A stretch of 58,544 nucleotides of DNA, the filler included, from Stramenopiles sp. TOSAG23-6 (Eukaryota), in the NCBI GenBank assembly GCA_900128565.1. It is 19 parts of 19 records of this genome, joined end to end, with 100 filler letters (N's around TTAATTAATTAA, not from the genome) between each part and the next. Parts side by side here need not be neighbours in the genome. Positions count along the whole stretch, not along the records: positions 12,359 to 13,379 come from LT639933.1; positions 13,480 to 14,499 come from LT639934.1; positions 14,600 to 21,850 come from LT636587.1; positions 21,951 to 29,197 come from LT636588.1; 15 more parts are not named here. One strand, 5' to 3'. The translations under genes were made by a program, and so were the position numbers. How positions within the stretch are numbered: the stretch's first letter is position 1; every line of letters starts with the position of its first letter. Below are positions 12,359 through 23,347 of the stretch, piece by piece. The notes beneath the pieces were generated by a model, which was not told the origin of the DNA, did not search any database, and was given only the letters and a program-made list of their open reading frames with translations.

Positions 12359-13351
12359 GGAAGCTAGAGAAAAGAGAAGATTGGAAAGAGAAAAAAAAAC
12401 AAAAGAGCGAAGAGAAAAACAAAGACAGAATATTCAAAAGGATATCGGCGACATCCAGAAATTTCTTAATCCCGATAGTACACCAAAACTAAAATTTAGT
12501 CATGATAATACACTTGATAAACATGGTAGAGATAAGCAAGGACATACCCCTTGGTATATACTAAAGAATCGTGTTAAAAAATCAGCCCAAAAAGCTGCCC
12601 TTGTAGCACTTCTTGGTAGAGAGCTGCATCAATGGTACAACGGATATATCGAGGACGTTTGGCGCGGAATCTAATGAAGAAAAAACAAAGATCTTCTGTT
12701 GTCCTTCAATCCAACTTTCGTAGGTACAACCAGCATCTGAAATATTGTATTGCAAAATTAGGGACAGTTCAATTACAAGCGTTAAGCCGTTGTAATTATA
12801 TGAATTCTAAATGGAAAAAAAAATGTGTCGCTGCTGGAAAGTTTCAAAATGTTGGGCGAGGATATCTGGAAAGAAAAAAAATGATTTTACATCGCGAACA
12901 AACAAAAAGACTTGTAGTACATATGGTACAACAATTCAAAAAAGAACATGGTTATGACATTACGGGTGACTATGAAGCTCTAACAAAACTGTCACGTGCT
13001 GCTTATCGAATCGTGCTAAAGATGGACGCGGGTAATGAAATAAGTTCAGCAGCGGCTGATACTAACAAAGTCTCTTTCAAAGTAATGAAATTTCGAGTAA
13101 AACGTGTTTATAAAAATTTAGATTTAGGCACTCGACTCACACCAAAATTATGGAGAAATTTATGTGGAGATTTGATTGTTCCACCAAAAGTTGAAAGGCC
13201 ATGGGAGTATAGCTATACCTGGAAAAAAGAAGAAGAAGATAATAGAGATTATAGTGGCGGTGAAAAGGTTGAACGTAAAAATAAAGAAAGAACAAGAAGG
13301 GTAGCATGGACCCCTGGAAAATTTGATGCTTCAAAATTTGAAAAACGCAAT
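12359..13351 (+). CDS. IQ-motif protein with an Hsp70 subdomain IIB-like segment, fragment (frameshift near 12600-12630)
   Basis: IQ motifs VQRIYRGRLAR, LQSNFRRY, LQALSR, FQNVGRGYLER; LVVHMVQQFKKEHGYDITGD..AL.KL..AA resembles Hsp70 IIB. Confidence 0.55.
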
Positions 13352-13479
13352 GTACATTTTCATCATGAATTTTAAATCTNNNNNNNNNNNNNNNNNNNNN
13401 NNNNNNNNNNNNNNNNNNNNNNNTTAATTAATTAANNNNNNNNNNNNNNNNNNNNNNNNNNNNNNNNNNNNNNNNNNNN

Positions 13480-14499
13480 CAAAAAGTTGAGATATCTAGT
13501 GATGATATGATAATAGAATCGGATACCGCAAATGTATGTGACTCTCTGATGAATTTCATTTTTTTATACAAAGTTTTGTACCTAACGTTTTTTTTTTAAC
13601 TTTTCACAACGCATGATTCTGGAAATAATCCAACCTGTGCTGAGATACTCCAGTCAGCCGTCCCCGAAATTATTAAAGCTGCGACACAGCACATATGTTT
13701 TCATTATGAATTTGAAATTTATTTTTTATTTTTTTTACTTGAAAATATTGTATCTAACGATTTTTTTTTCTGGCATAGTTTTTCATAATATATCTTAAAG
13801 GTGACACTGGAAAATATTTTAAAACAAAAGCTGCGATATATACTCTTTTGAGACAATTACTGCGAGCATCATCTGGGAAATCGCAATTGGGTTCAAAAAA
13901 CATTAATTTCTCTAAATCTGGTCTGAAACGAAGACCATCTTTGGAGAGACTGACATCTTCATCATCCATGTCTGATCTTCTCAATGTAGAAAGTCTAAAT
14001 GACCGAGGAGGACTTCATATCATTCGCGACCATGCTTCCGCAATTATCCCTGTTTTATTGAAAAGTTTGGATGCAAAGGCTCAAGGTCCAACTTCCGGAC
14101 CAATGCGTTTAGTAGCATTAGAATTTATGCGTGAGTTGCTATCAACGAATGATTCTAAATTTATATTTCCTTTCATTTCAAAAATTGTAGAAGTTGTTGC
14201 TTTATGTATCAAAGATGAATGGTATAGAATAGTTGCCGAGTCTCTTCGCGTAATTTCACGAATTGTTCAACTTATTCGACCCATTGATGCAGACACTGGC
14301 AAATTTCTAGAAATATCTTCTACATTTTCTCCGGATAAGTTCGCGATGCCACTTTTTATGGCTGTTAGGCCATGTTTGCGAAAGAGAGATCTGGATCAAG
14401 AAGTTAAGGAATGTGCTATCACTGCTTCTGCGTTAATTTTATCACGATTTGGAAATAATTTGGATGACCTTTTTGAAAAAACAGGGATAATTGCGGAAG
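13480..14499 (+). CDS. CAND1: Cullin-associated NEDD8-dissociated protein 1 (HEAT repeats), internal fragment
   Basis: VP.IIKA...LK....KTK...LL.QL, L.AL.F, D.WYRIVAESL.V, D.DQEVKECAI; requires introns 13534-13614 and 13693-13793. Confidence 0.85.
13534..13614 (+). mobile_element. GT-AT repeat intron (81 nt)
   Basis: AT|GTATGT...TTTTGTACCTAAC...TTTTCACAACGCAT|. Confidence 0.75.
13693..13793 (+). mobile_element. AT-AT variant of the repeat intron (101 nt)
   Basis: CAC|ATATGTTTT...TTGTATCTAAC...TTTCATAATATAT|CTT; restores the CAND1 frame (ATQH|LKGD). Confidence 0.75.
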
Positions 14500-14654
14500 N
14501 NNNNNNNNNNNNNNNNNNNNNNNNNNNNNNNNNNNNNNNNNNNTTAATTAATTAANNNNNNNNNNNNNNNNNNNNNNNNNNNNNNNNNNNNNNNNNNNNC
14601 GTACGTAATTTTGTACCTAACGATTTTTTTTTGAAATATTTTTCCAAAATACAT

Positions 14655-15459
14655 GTGGTTTGATATCAATCGGAGATTATTTAGTATCTGTTAACAAAAT
14701 TTCCGTTGAAAAAATGGAATTTTATAAAGTACTTCAAATGATTCGCAATGCTGAACGACCAATGACACTAAAATTTAGAAGATTTCACACAAATGAAACA
14801 AAAAATATAAATGTAACAAATGTAGAAAATATTCAAAATCATGATAAAATCTCAGCCACTTCAAAAGAAAACCCTAACAACACTAATAATTGTCCACCTG
14901 GAAACTTACAACCGATGTCGGGAAAAACATTGCAAACAAAAAATGGAAATTCCTATTATTCACCTTCTTGGCAATATTTATGGCCTTTTTGGGTTCTAGA
15001 CGTTACAAATGGAATTATATATGACTTACAATGTAGTTTGAAACAAGTTGTCCGTGTTGCTGCCGATCCCATCCAAATAATGTAGATTTTCAAAATTGAA
15101 TGTTTTACAACCATGTTTTTAATACGAAATTTTGTACCTAATGATTTTTTTTACCAAAATATATACATATTTTTTCACAATACATTCCTTTTTTACAACG
15201 ACGTAAAATACATCCGATGCATTCAATTACTGAAAATCCAGTTCAACTTATTTGCGAGTATTTAAAAACTCTAATTCGCGAAAAAACATCGATAAAGACA
15301 TTAAATTATATTTTTTCAAGCATGTACGCTTTCATCATTTCAATTTCATTTTTTTTTATTATGAAAATTCTGTACCTAACAAATTTCAAAACATTTCATA
15401 ACAAAATATTTTTCACATCTCATAAATATTGCTTTCAAGTCATGGCTTTCAGATTATAT
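14655..15459 (+). CDS. RMC1/C18orf8 (Mic1)-like protein fragment with a PDZ-like segment
   Basis: GLISIGD.L..VN...RPMTLKF (PDZ); YSPSW...P..VLD...G..Y.L...L...D...I.FLQRR resembles the RMC1 N-region; introns 15082-15185 and 15324-15423. Confidence 0.55.
15082..15185 (+). mobile_element. GT-AT repeat intron (104 nt)
   Basis: AT|GTAGATTTT...ACGAAATTTTGTACCTAAT...CACAATACAT|; restores QIIPFLQRR. Confidence 0.8.
15324..15423 (+). mobile_element. GT-AT repeat intron (100 nt)
   Basis: AT|GTACGC...TGTACCTAAC...TTTCACATCTCAT|; restores FSSINIAFK. Confidence 0.7.
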
Positions 15460-15555
15460 GTATGTTTTATTTTTTTTTAACAAAAAAATCGATTTTTTTT
15501 CGTACGAAATTTTGTACCTAACGAATTTTTTTTGAAATATTTTTCCAAAAAACAT
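15460..15555 (+). mobile_element. GT-AT repeat intron joining two different genes (probable chimeric junction)
   Basis: Near-consensus copy; upstream exon is RMC1-like in phase 2, downstream exon is RRP5 in phase 0. Confidence 0.75.
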
Positions 15556-18500
15556 GCAATACGTATGAGCACACTTTTTTCTTCAGGAACAGAAGTTAAT
15601 AATGCTTTGGTGCTTCATAATATTAGTGCTAAAAAGAATCACGGTGCATCTGTATTAATTACTTTAAAACCTTTATTTTTACAAAGTAGTGTACTGCCTA
15701 GTTCAATAGAAGATCTTTCGGTTGGTTCTATTGTACCTGCTTTTGTTTCTGGTGTGAAAACGTTTGGCGTTTTTATTCGATGTTTTGGTAACTTGACGGC
15801 TCTTGCTCCTAGATCCGAAGTTTCTGATTCGTTTGTGTCGGATCCAAATGAATTCTTTTCTGTTGGACAATCTGTCCGTGCAATTGTTACGGATATAACT
15901 GATGGAAGAGTTGTCGTGTCTTTGAAACCTTCCTTATGTTCCAGTGCTGAAGGTGATCACGATGCATTATTTTTATCGAGTATGTTGAAAGAAGAATCTC
16001 TGATGGGTCCTACTGTAGATGTAGATGATGATTCTATGAATATTGACAAACCAAATGCACAGGGGAAAACTCTGGAAATCGGTTCATGTGTTGAAGGTAA
16101 GATTATATTTGTGAAAGAGTATGGACTCATCATGGAATTAGAAGGAGGTCACATGGGATTAGTAATGAATCATCACGCAGCAGGAAAAGGTGTAGATGAC
16201 ATGAATATGAAACATAAATGTCGTGTCTTGCATGTATGTTTTATTTTTTTTTTTTTACAAAAAAATCGAATTTTTTTTCGTACGAAAGTTTGTACCTAAC
16301 GATTTTTTTTTGAAATATTTTTCCAAAATACATGTAAACTCTGAAAACGGCGTTGTTGATATTTCATTGAAGCCGGATCTTGTAAAGGCAGGTAAGAAGT
16401 CCAAGCGCAAATTACAAGCAACATCTGTAAAAAATATGACTATTGGTAGTATAATATCTGTCAAAATTGAACTGGTCAAAGAGGGTCGATATTTTATTAC
16501 TTCTATCCCTTCATGCAAAGGTGTCGTTGCTCTTGCGTCTATTGCCGGGTACAATGGACCTTCAAGCAAAATTTCTGCTTTAGTGGCTGGTGATGAATGT
16601 CAAATGCGCGTGGTTAAGCTACCAGATGCTAATTCCTCTCAGTTACTTTTGGCATCGGTGTCAGGCCGATCTCGCAAGACGTCTTCAAAAGAGTCCAACG
16701 TATTAACCGAAAAAAAATCCAATTCAATACTTCTTGAAGATGTGACAATTGGAATGACATTAAAAGGTAAAATTGTTTCTATCTTAGACTCTCAGATGAA
16801 TGTATCATTATTTGGCATTCAAGGCTATGCATGTGGTCGCGTTCACATCACTGAGGTAAGCGACGTGTCTGATAAAAATCGTGTGGTAGAAGCAATATCA
16901 TTGAAAGAAGGTGAAATGGAAGAACAAGAAATCGATCACCCTTTTGAAACTCATTGCAATGGTGAGATTATCAATGTCAAAGTCATTGGTATTCGCCATT
17001 CCCAGGAGAAAGGTAAACGAACATTTGAATTGTCTTTACGACCCTCTGTGATGAAACTTGAAGAAGGTAAAATTGGGACTCCGCGTTTTTCATGGGGTGA
17101 AAAGTCATTGCCGAAAAATTTACCATCAAAGAGCCAAGAAGTACAAGCTATTGTTACGAGTGTTGGCAGTGAACATATTAGTGTTGCTCTTTCTACAAGT
17201 GTTCATGGTGAAATTTCTATGATTGATGTCTCTCAGAATCAAAAGGTTGTTGAAGAACTCCGTCAACGGTTTACTCCAGGACAAATGCTTTCTTGTTTTG
17301 TTTTATCTGTTGATTCTAAAAAGCATCGCGTGGCTTTATCACTGCAAAAACATGATATAACTGCTGGTATTTCTGTCATGGGTCGTATCACCACCATTAA
17401 CCGCGGTGAAGGTGCTGCTCGTGGACAGTTAACTTCACTTTGTGTTCAATTACCAGGTAGACGTTATGGTCGTGTGTGTATCACTGAACTTACAGATGAG
17501 GATAAATGGGTGTCGATGCCATTGAAACAAAAAAAGTTTTCTGCTGGAGAGTTAGTGCGTTGTCGTGTTCTGAGTATATCCAAAAAACATGGTGGTTATC
17601 ATATTGATTTATCTTTACGCCCATCTATTTTTTCACTCTCTGTCAGCGATGTGACAAATCTTACACCAAATACTGCTAATATTGTTGTTGGACAACTTGT
17701 AAAAGGATATGTTCTTAATACAACTGTTAAAGGATGTTTTGTCAAAATGGCAGGTGGTGCAATTGGCCGCGTATTTGTCAGGAATCTTTCGGATTCATTC
17801 ATCAAGAATGTTAGTTCAGCTTTTCCTCCAGGAATGCTTGTAACTTGTCGTGTGATTTCTGCATCTATGGTTGCCGGAAAACGTCGTATTGAACTTTCAT
17901 TAAAAGAGTCTGTTGTGAATGGAAGTGGGGAAGAAGGTAAAATGTCAAAAAGTTTTACGGATTTCGAAAAAGGTGCAATTGTCACCGGTCGCGTTCGTCG
18001 TGTCACCAAATTTGGTGTTTTTGTTCGTTTGACTAACAGTGAGGTGGATGGTCTTTGTCACATGACTCAAGTTTCAGATGATAAAGTAGAAAATCCTGAA
18101 GCATTAGCTTCAATGTTTGATCAAGGTGATTTGGTTAAAGCAAAAATTTTGCGCATGGATATGGAGAAGAAGAAGTTATCTCTAGGTCTGAAAGCATCTT
18201 ATTTTGATGACGAAGACACTGAACTTATGGATGAAAGTAGTGACGATGAAGAGACCAACGCCATTTCTGAAAATTCTTCCGAAAATGAAGAAGATATGGA
18301 TATTGTTGAAAACGATATCGATGTTGACGACACTATTAAAACTACAACAAATCATACTAACAGTAGTGATGAAGATTCAGAAGATTCAGAAGATTCAGAA
18401 GAAGATAGTACTGATGAAGACAGCGAGGAAGAAGAAGGCACCAAAGAAAAAAATGCCCCTGTTGTCTCATTCGACACAGGGCTTGATTGGGGTGGTGATT

Positions 18501-19525
18501 TCGCCCTTTCTATGAGAGAGGATGAGTTTGGAAATAATTCTGACTCAGAATCCGAAGTTGATAGTGATGACGAAGACGTTCAAGATTCAAGTAAAAAAAC
18601 ATCTTCTTCTCGTCGCAAAAAAGCCGCGAAGAAGGCTCGCGAGTTAGAAGCTGTCGAAGCACGTGAAGAAGAATTGCTCAGAGGTGATACAATTCCTCAA
18701 CAATCTGAAGATTTTGAGCGACTGATTATTTCAACACCACATAGTTCATATGTATGGTTACAATATATGGCTTTCGAATTGGCTCGTAGTGAGATTGAAA
18801 AGGCACGTAACATTGCGGAGAGAGCATTGAAAACGATTTCTTTCAGAGAAGAACAGGAAAAAATGAATGTGTGGACTGCTTATATAAACCTTGAACACAA
18901 ATTCGGAACACCAGAATCTTTAGCTGTTATCTTTAAACGTGCCTCCGAACACTGTGATAGTTACGTGATACATGAGAAAATGTGTGATATGTACAGGAAA
19001 GCAGGTCAAGATAGCGAATTGGAGACTCTTTTGAAAATTGGCGTAAAAAAGTTCAAACAACGTGTATCAGTTTGGATTTCGTATGCCGCTTTTCTTCTGA
19101 AACAGGAGAAAGGAAAGCAAGCAAAAGGTTTGCTTCAACGTTCATTAAGAACACTCCCAAAACGATTACACATTACCACTATATCCAAATATGGCGCCAT
19201 AGAATTTAAATACGGAAGTGCAGAACGTGGAAGAACTGTGTTTGAAGGCCTAGTATCTCACTACCCAAAGAGAACGGATTTATGGAATGTTTACATTGAC
19301 AGAGAAATTAATTTCCTAAGCACAGTTATTACTGAGAGTAATAGAAATGGTCAATTGCCAAATGTAAGGAGACTGTTCGAGCGCGCTGCTCAACTAAAAA
19401 TTTCATCAAAAAAAATGAAATCACTATTTAAAAAGTGGTTTAATTTTGAAAACAAATCAGGTGACGAATTCGGATTGGAACGTGTGAAAGACTTAGCACG
19501 TGCTTATGTTGAGTCTCAACAATAA
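15556..19525 (+). CDS. RRP5: rRNA biogenesis protein RRP5 (S1 repeats + HAT/TPR C-terminus), 5' partial; intron 16234-16333
   Basis: Many S1 domains (FGVF..., LSLK/LSLRPS); DFERLI...P.SS..W..YMAF...EIEKAR..AERAL..I.FREE.EK.NVW.A..NLE. Confidence 0.95.
16234..16333 (+). mobile_element. GT-AT repeat intron (100 nt) in RRP5
   Basis: CAT|GTATGTTTT...TTTCGTACGAAAGTTTGTACCTAAC...CCAAAATACAT|GTA; removal fuses ORFs 15532 and 16223 into an intact S1 domain KCRVLH|VNSENGVVDISLK. Confidence 0.9.
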
Positions 19526-19634
19526 TCCAATGATATTGAATGAGTTTAAATTAAAAGTATGATTATACCATGAATAAAAAATAAAAAAGGGAGTTTAAAA
19601 AATATTGGAATGCACATTTATTAATTTTTAAATT

Positions 19635-20240
19635 CTATCTGTGGAAAGAAACATGAATTCCTGCAAAATACATATATACGACTACACCCAACACAACAAA
19701 TAGCCTAATAGCCATAGAAGCACATACACCACGAAGTACATCCGAAATTTCTGTGATCTCATACTCCTCATTCCTCAATGGTCTATATTGTTCACTCAAT
19801 TTTGCTGTTGATTCATCACGAGCTAGAGTAGCACCACCACTTACACCTTCTCTTATTAATCGAGTATTCCCACTTTGTACGCTTAATAATGCAGTAGATT
19901 CATCACCAGCCTCTGTGTTCCTTAACAATGCGGCACCCCCAATTACATCATCTACATCTCTTACAGATGATTTATCACGAGCCTCTGCAGCATCACCAAA
20001 TCCAGTCTCCATATCATCTTGTACATTCAATAATGTTGTTGATTTACCATGAGCCTCTGTTGATTCACCATGAGTCTCTGTGTTCCATAACAATGCATCA
20101 CCAACAGTTTCACCTATATTTCCAACAGATGGTTCAGGTTCATTAATATTATGCTCTGCAGTCCTTAAAGATGTACTTGCATTTACGATGTTTGCACCAT
20201 AGGAAACCAATATTATGATTGCGAGAAGAGTATTTCTCAT
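19635..20240 (-). CDS. Hypothetical type I membrane protein
   Basis: N-terminal signal peptide, internal GxALL.NTE..GESTALL repeats, C-terminal TM helix. Confidence 0.6.
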   Translation of the reverse strand: MRNTLLAIIILVSYGANIVNASTSLRTAEHNINEPEPSVGNIGETVGDALLWNTETHGESTEAHGKSTTLLNVQDDMETGFGDAAEARDKSSVRDVDDVIGGAALLRNTEAGDESTALLSVQSGNTRLIREGVSGGATLARDESTAKLSEQYRPLRNEEYEITEISDVLRGVCASMAIRLFVVLGVVVYMYFAGIHVSFHR

Positions 20241-20587
20241 TCTTTGAGTATATGCGTGGCAGTTACTCAGTTATTTTGACGATTCCGATCTAGAATGTAG
20301 TTTCCAGTAGTCTGAACCAAAGGTAATACTACTAGTAGAAGTACAGCAGAATCTATTACAATTCGCCTACGCAGAGCCTACGTAGAAGGGTACCTGTAGT
20401 ATACGTTTCCTCTTCGTTTTGTCAACTTCGAACTGAACTGACTTCATTTTCGTTTTTTGAAATGAAATTTCAATAGCTAATTAATTTGACTAAGTGTTTC
20501 TTTTCAATAAACTATATTTTTCAGTAGGTACGTTGTCATTAACAGAATTGTATTAAAGATAACCAATAATACACAAACAAGTTGCCA

Positions 20588-21797
20588 ATGCTGAAACAAC
20601 TTTCTCAACGAGCGGGATCTCTGCCATCCTCTGGAATTAGAAAGGTAATGGCGTTATCAGCAGAACTTGCAAGGCAAGGAAATGCTGTAATCCACCTTGA
20701 GGTTGGCCAACCTGGTATAGAAACGGCACAGCATATACAAGAAATAGTCAAGTCTGCTCTCCAAGACCCCAAAAATCTGGGTTACTGCTCAAATTTCGGT
20801 CTTGATTCTACTCGCAAGGCTGTGGCTGACCACTACAATCATAGATTTCTTTCCGAGAATATAGTTGTTCAACCTGAAAATGTTCTTATTACACCTGGAG
20901 CTGTTTTTGCAATAGCCAGTGGGTTTATGGCAACACTAGATGTAGGAGACGAAGTTTTAATTCCAGATCCTGGATGGGTAAACTATAGCATGACAGCAAA
21001 AATGTTGTCAGCCATTCCTGTCGCGTATAATTTGAAAAGTGAAGACTCTTGGCAAGTTCAGTTGTCAGAAATACAATCAAAAATCACGGATAAAACCAAA
21101 ATGATTGTGTTATGTTCTCCTGGTAATCCCACAGGTGTACGTGTTCACCATTCAATTCAAATTTCTACCTAATCAAAATATTTTGCATATAACAAAAAAA
21201 CAATAGAATTTGGTATTTTTCTCAAAAAACAGGCCGTCTTTTCTCAAGAAATTCTTGACGAAGTTCTTGGATTAGCACACAATCATGGTTTATATGTCAT
21301 TGGTGATGAAATATATAGTGCAATTAACTACATCAATACTGAAATGTCTGAAATTACATCAGACAATTATCATTCGCCAAGCCTCATGCAGTGTTCTAAT
21401 TACAACCCCAAAGCTCATTTCGTTGTTAGTGGTGTTTCCAAAGCCTGGGCTATGACAGGTTTTAGAGTGGGTACGCTTGTCGCGGATAGTGAAATAATAT
21501 CAAATATGGATAAATTAGTCGAATCTTTTGTTTCTTGCGGAGTTCCATTTAGCCAACACGCTGCGAGTGTTGCATTTGATCCATTGAATGTCTCTTCCAT
21601 AGAATTTGTGAATAGAGCTGTATGTTTCAATTTCGAAATTTTAATTTTTTTTATAGTCAATTTTGTACCTAACGAATTTTGTTTTTACTAAAAAAAAATA
21701 TTTTTTTACAATATATGTTCAAGAGTATTTGAGTAATCGAGATATTGTAGTTTCAATTTTAAATTCATACAATATTCAAACGATTATTCCAGAGGGT
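20588..21797 (+). CDS. PLP-dependent class I/II (aspartate-type) aminotransferase, 3' partial
   Basis: IHLEVGQP, GDEVLIPDPGW.NY, SPGNPTG|AVF, DEIY, SKAWAMTGFRVG (PLP lysine), IPEG; introns 21137-21232, 21620-21716 and 21798 to contig end. Confidence 0.92.
21137..21232 (+). other. GT-AG intron resembling the repeat family (96 nt)
   Basis: GTACGT...TTTCTACCTAAT...TATTTTTCTCAAAAAACAG; restores NPTG|AVFS. Confidence 0.85.
21620..21716 (+). mobile_element. GT-AT repeat intron (97 nt)
   Basis: GCT|GTATGTTT...TTTTGTACCTAAC...TACAATATAT|GTT; restores RA|VQEYLSNRDIV. Confidence 0.85.
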
Positions 21798-21950
21798 GTA
21801 TGTTTTATATGAATTTCTAATTTAATTTTTTTTTTCATACGAAATTTCGTNNNNNNNNNNNNNNNNNNNNNNNNNNNNNNNNNNNNNNNNNNNNTTAATT
21901 AATTAANNNNNNNNNNNNNNNNNNNNNNNNNNNNNNNNNNNNNNNNNNNN

Positions 21951-23281
21951 TTACTATTAAAATTATCATTGGATTTATCAACAGATTGATTTAAATGCGT
22001 TTCTGATAAAAGAGCAAGCTCTATCACATAACAAAGATATAGTGGAAATAAAAAAACAACTGCTGGTTGATGTCACGAAAACTCATCAAAAGGAATTGGA
22101 AGAAGTAAAAAAACAACTGCTGGTTGTCACGAAAACTCATCAAAAGGAATTGGAAGAAGTAAAAGTGAATCTAGAAAATGAATTGAATATAGTGAGTGAG
22201 GATAATATTTCTAGAATGAAGGCAAGACATAATGCTGAATTAGAAGAACTTGCAATTACTATTGTTTCTGAAAAAGAAAAGTATGTTGAATTGCAATCTA
22301 AGCATAAGCAACATGTTCGTATTCATTATTAATTTCAAATTTATCTTTTGTTTTGTACTACATTTTGAACCTAACGATTTCTTTTGGGGGCATATTTTTC
22401 ACTATACATTTAGAAACTCTCACCAATACACATAAGAGTATTATTGAAGCAGAGCAAAAGGAAACAAAGGTAAGTGTCAATGTTGATTTACNTGCAAAGA
22501 TAGCTGAACTTGAAGCGTCACTCCGTATTGTGAAGGAAACGTCTGATCAAAATGAAAGTAACATGAAGGAACAACTTGAGTTGTGTAAAGAAAGGCATGA
22601 AGAAGAAATACGTGCTTTGACTGACGAATTACAAAATGTTACTACGTTTAAAGATGAGCAACTTCAAAAACAAAAAGATGAATTTGAAAAACAACGTACT
22701 AGGAGTAGCAGTGCTTCTGATTATGGCTTTGATTTACGTGCAAAGATAGCTGAACTTGAAGCGTCACTCCGTATTGTGAAGGAAAGATAGCTGAACTTGA
22801 AGCGTCACTCCGTATTGTGAAGGAAACGTCTGATCAAAATGAAAGTAACATGAAGGAACAACTTGAGTTGTGTAAAGAAAGGCATGAAGAAGAAATACGT
22901 GCTTTGACTGNCGAATTACAAAATGTGGATAATTCTTCCAATAATACGGATGATTGTGTTGCTTTACATGCGACGATAGCTAAGCTTGAAGAAACAATAC
23001 GATTTTTGAAAGAAGAACATACGATAATATTGCAAGAGAGAGAGAAAACAGCTAATGAAGAGAAGATTTTGATAAAAATAGCAAATGAAGAGAATGAATT
23101 GATGAAGAATGAACTTGAAGAAATGCATCAAAAAGAAAAAACAGACAATCGGCAATCGTCGATCAACAATAATCGAATAGTACAAGACTTAAAAAATGAG
23201 CTAGAAGGTGCCAAAGAAACCATTGCAAATACAATGATTTACTTTAGAAAGACTTTTGATGAAAATTCACCAGACGAATAA
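21951..23281 (+). CDS. Coiled-coil protein, 3' fragment with internal repeats; intron 22315-22409
   Basis: Heptad-rich E/K/L sequence; repeated AKIAELEASLRIVKE blocks; frameshift near 22785. Confidence 0.55.
22315..22409 (+). mobile_element. GT-AT repeat intron (95 nt)
   Basis: CAT|GTTCGT...TTTTGAACCTAAC...TTCACTATACAT|TTA; joins ORFs 22042 and 22353 in frame. Confidence 0.75.
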
Positions 23282-23347
23282 TAAAAGAAATTCAATATTT
23301 TATTTTCAATATTTCTCCAACATACCAAAGGAACTAAGCAATAACTT

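Noticed and set aside
16232-16331. Reading the repeat introns as classic U12 AT-AC introns (shifted 2 nt left)
   Set aside because: Possible only where AT flanks both sides. The upstream AT varies (CT, GT, AC, AG), the AC varies (TAT, AAT, TCAT ends), the shift gives a stop in PLC (50076), and there is no ATATCCTT donor
15532-19525. Alternative genetic code or programmed frameshift explaining split ORFs
   Set aside because: TAA, TAG and TGA all end genes normally, and most of the splits coincide with the repeat intron
22494-22930. Exact internal duplications with a frameshift in the coiled-coil gene
   Set aside because: Pattern fits a collapsed or mis-resolved coding repeat; cannot be distinguished from assembly error
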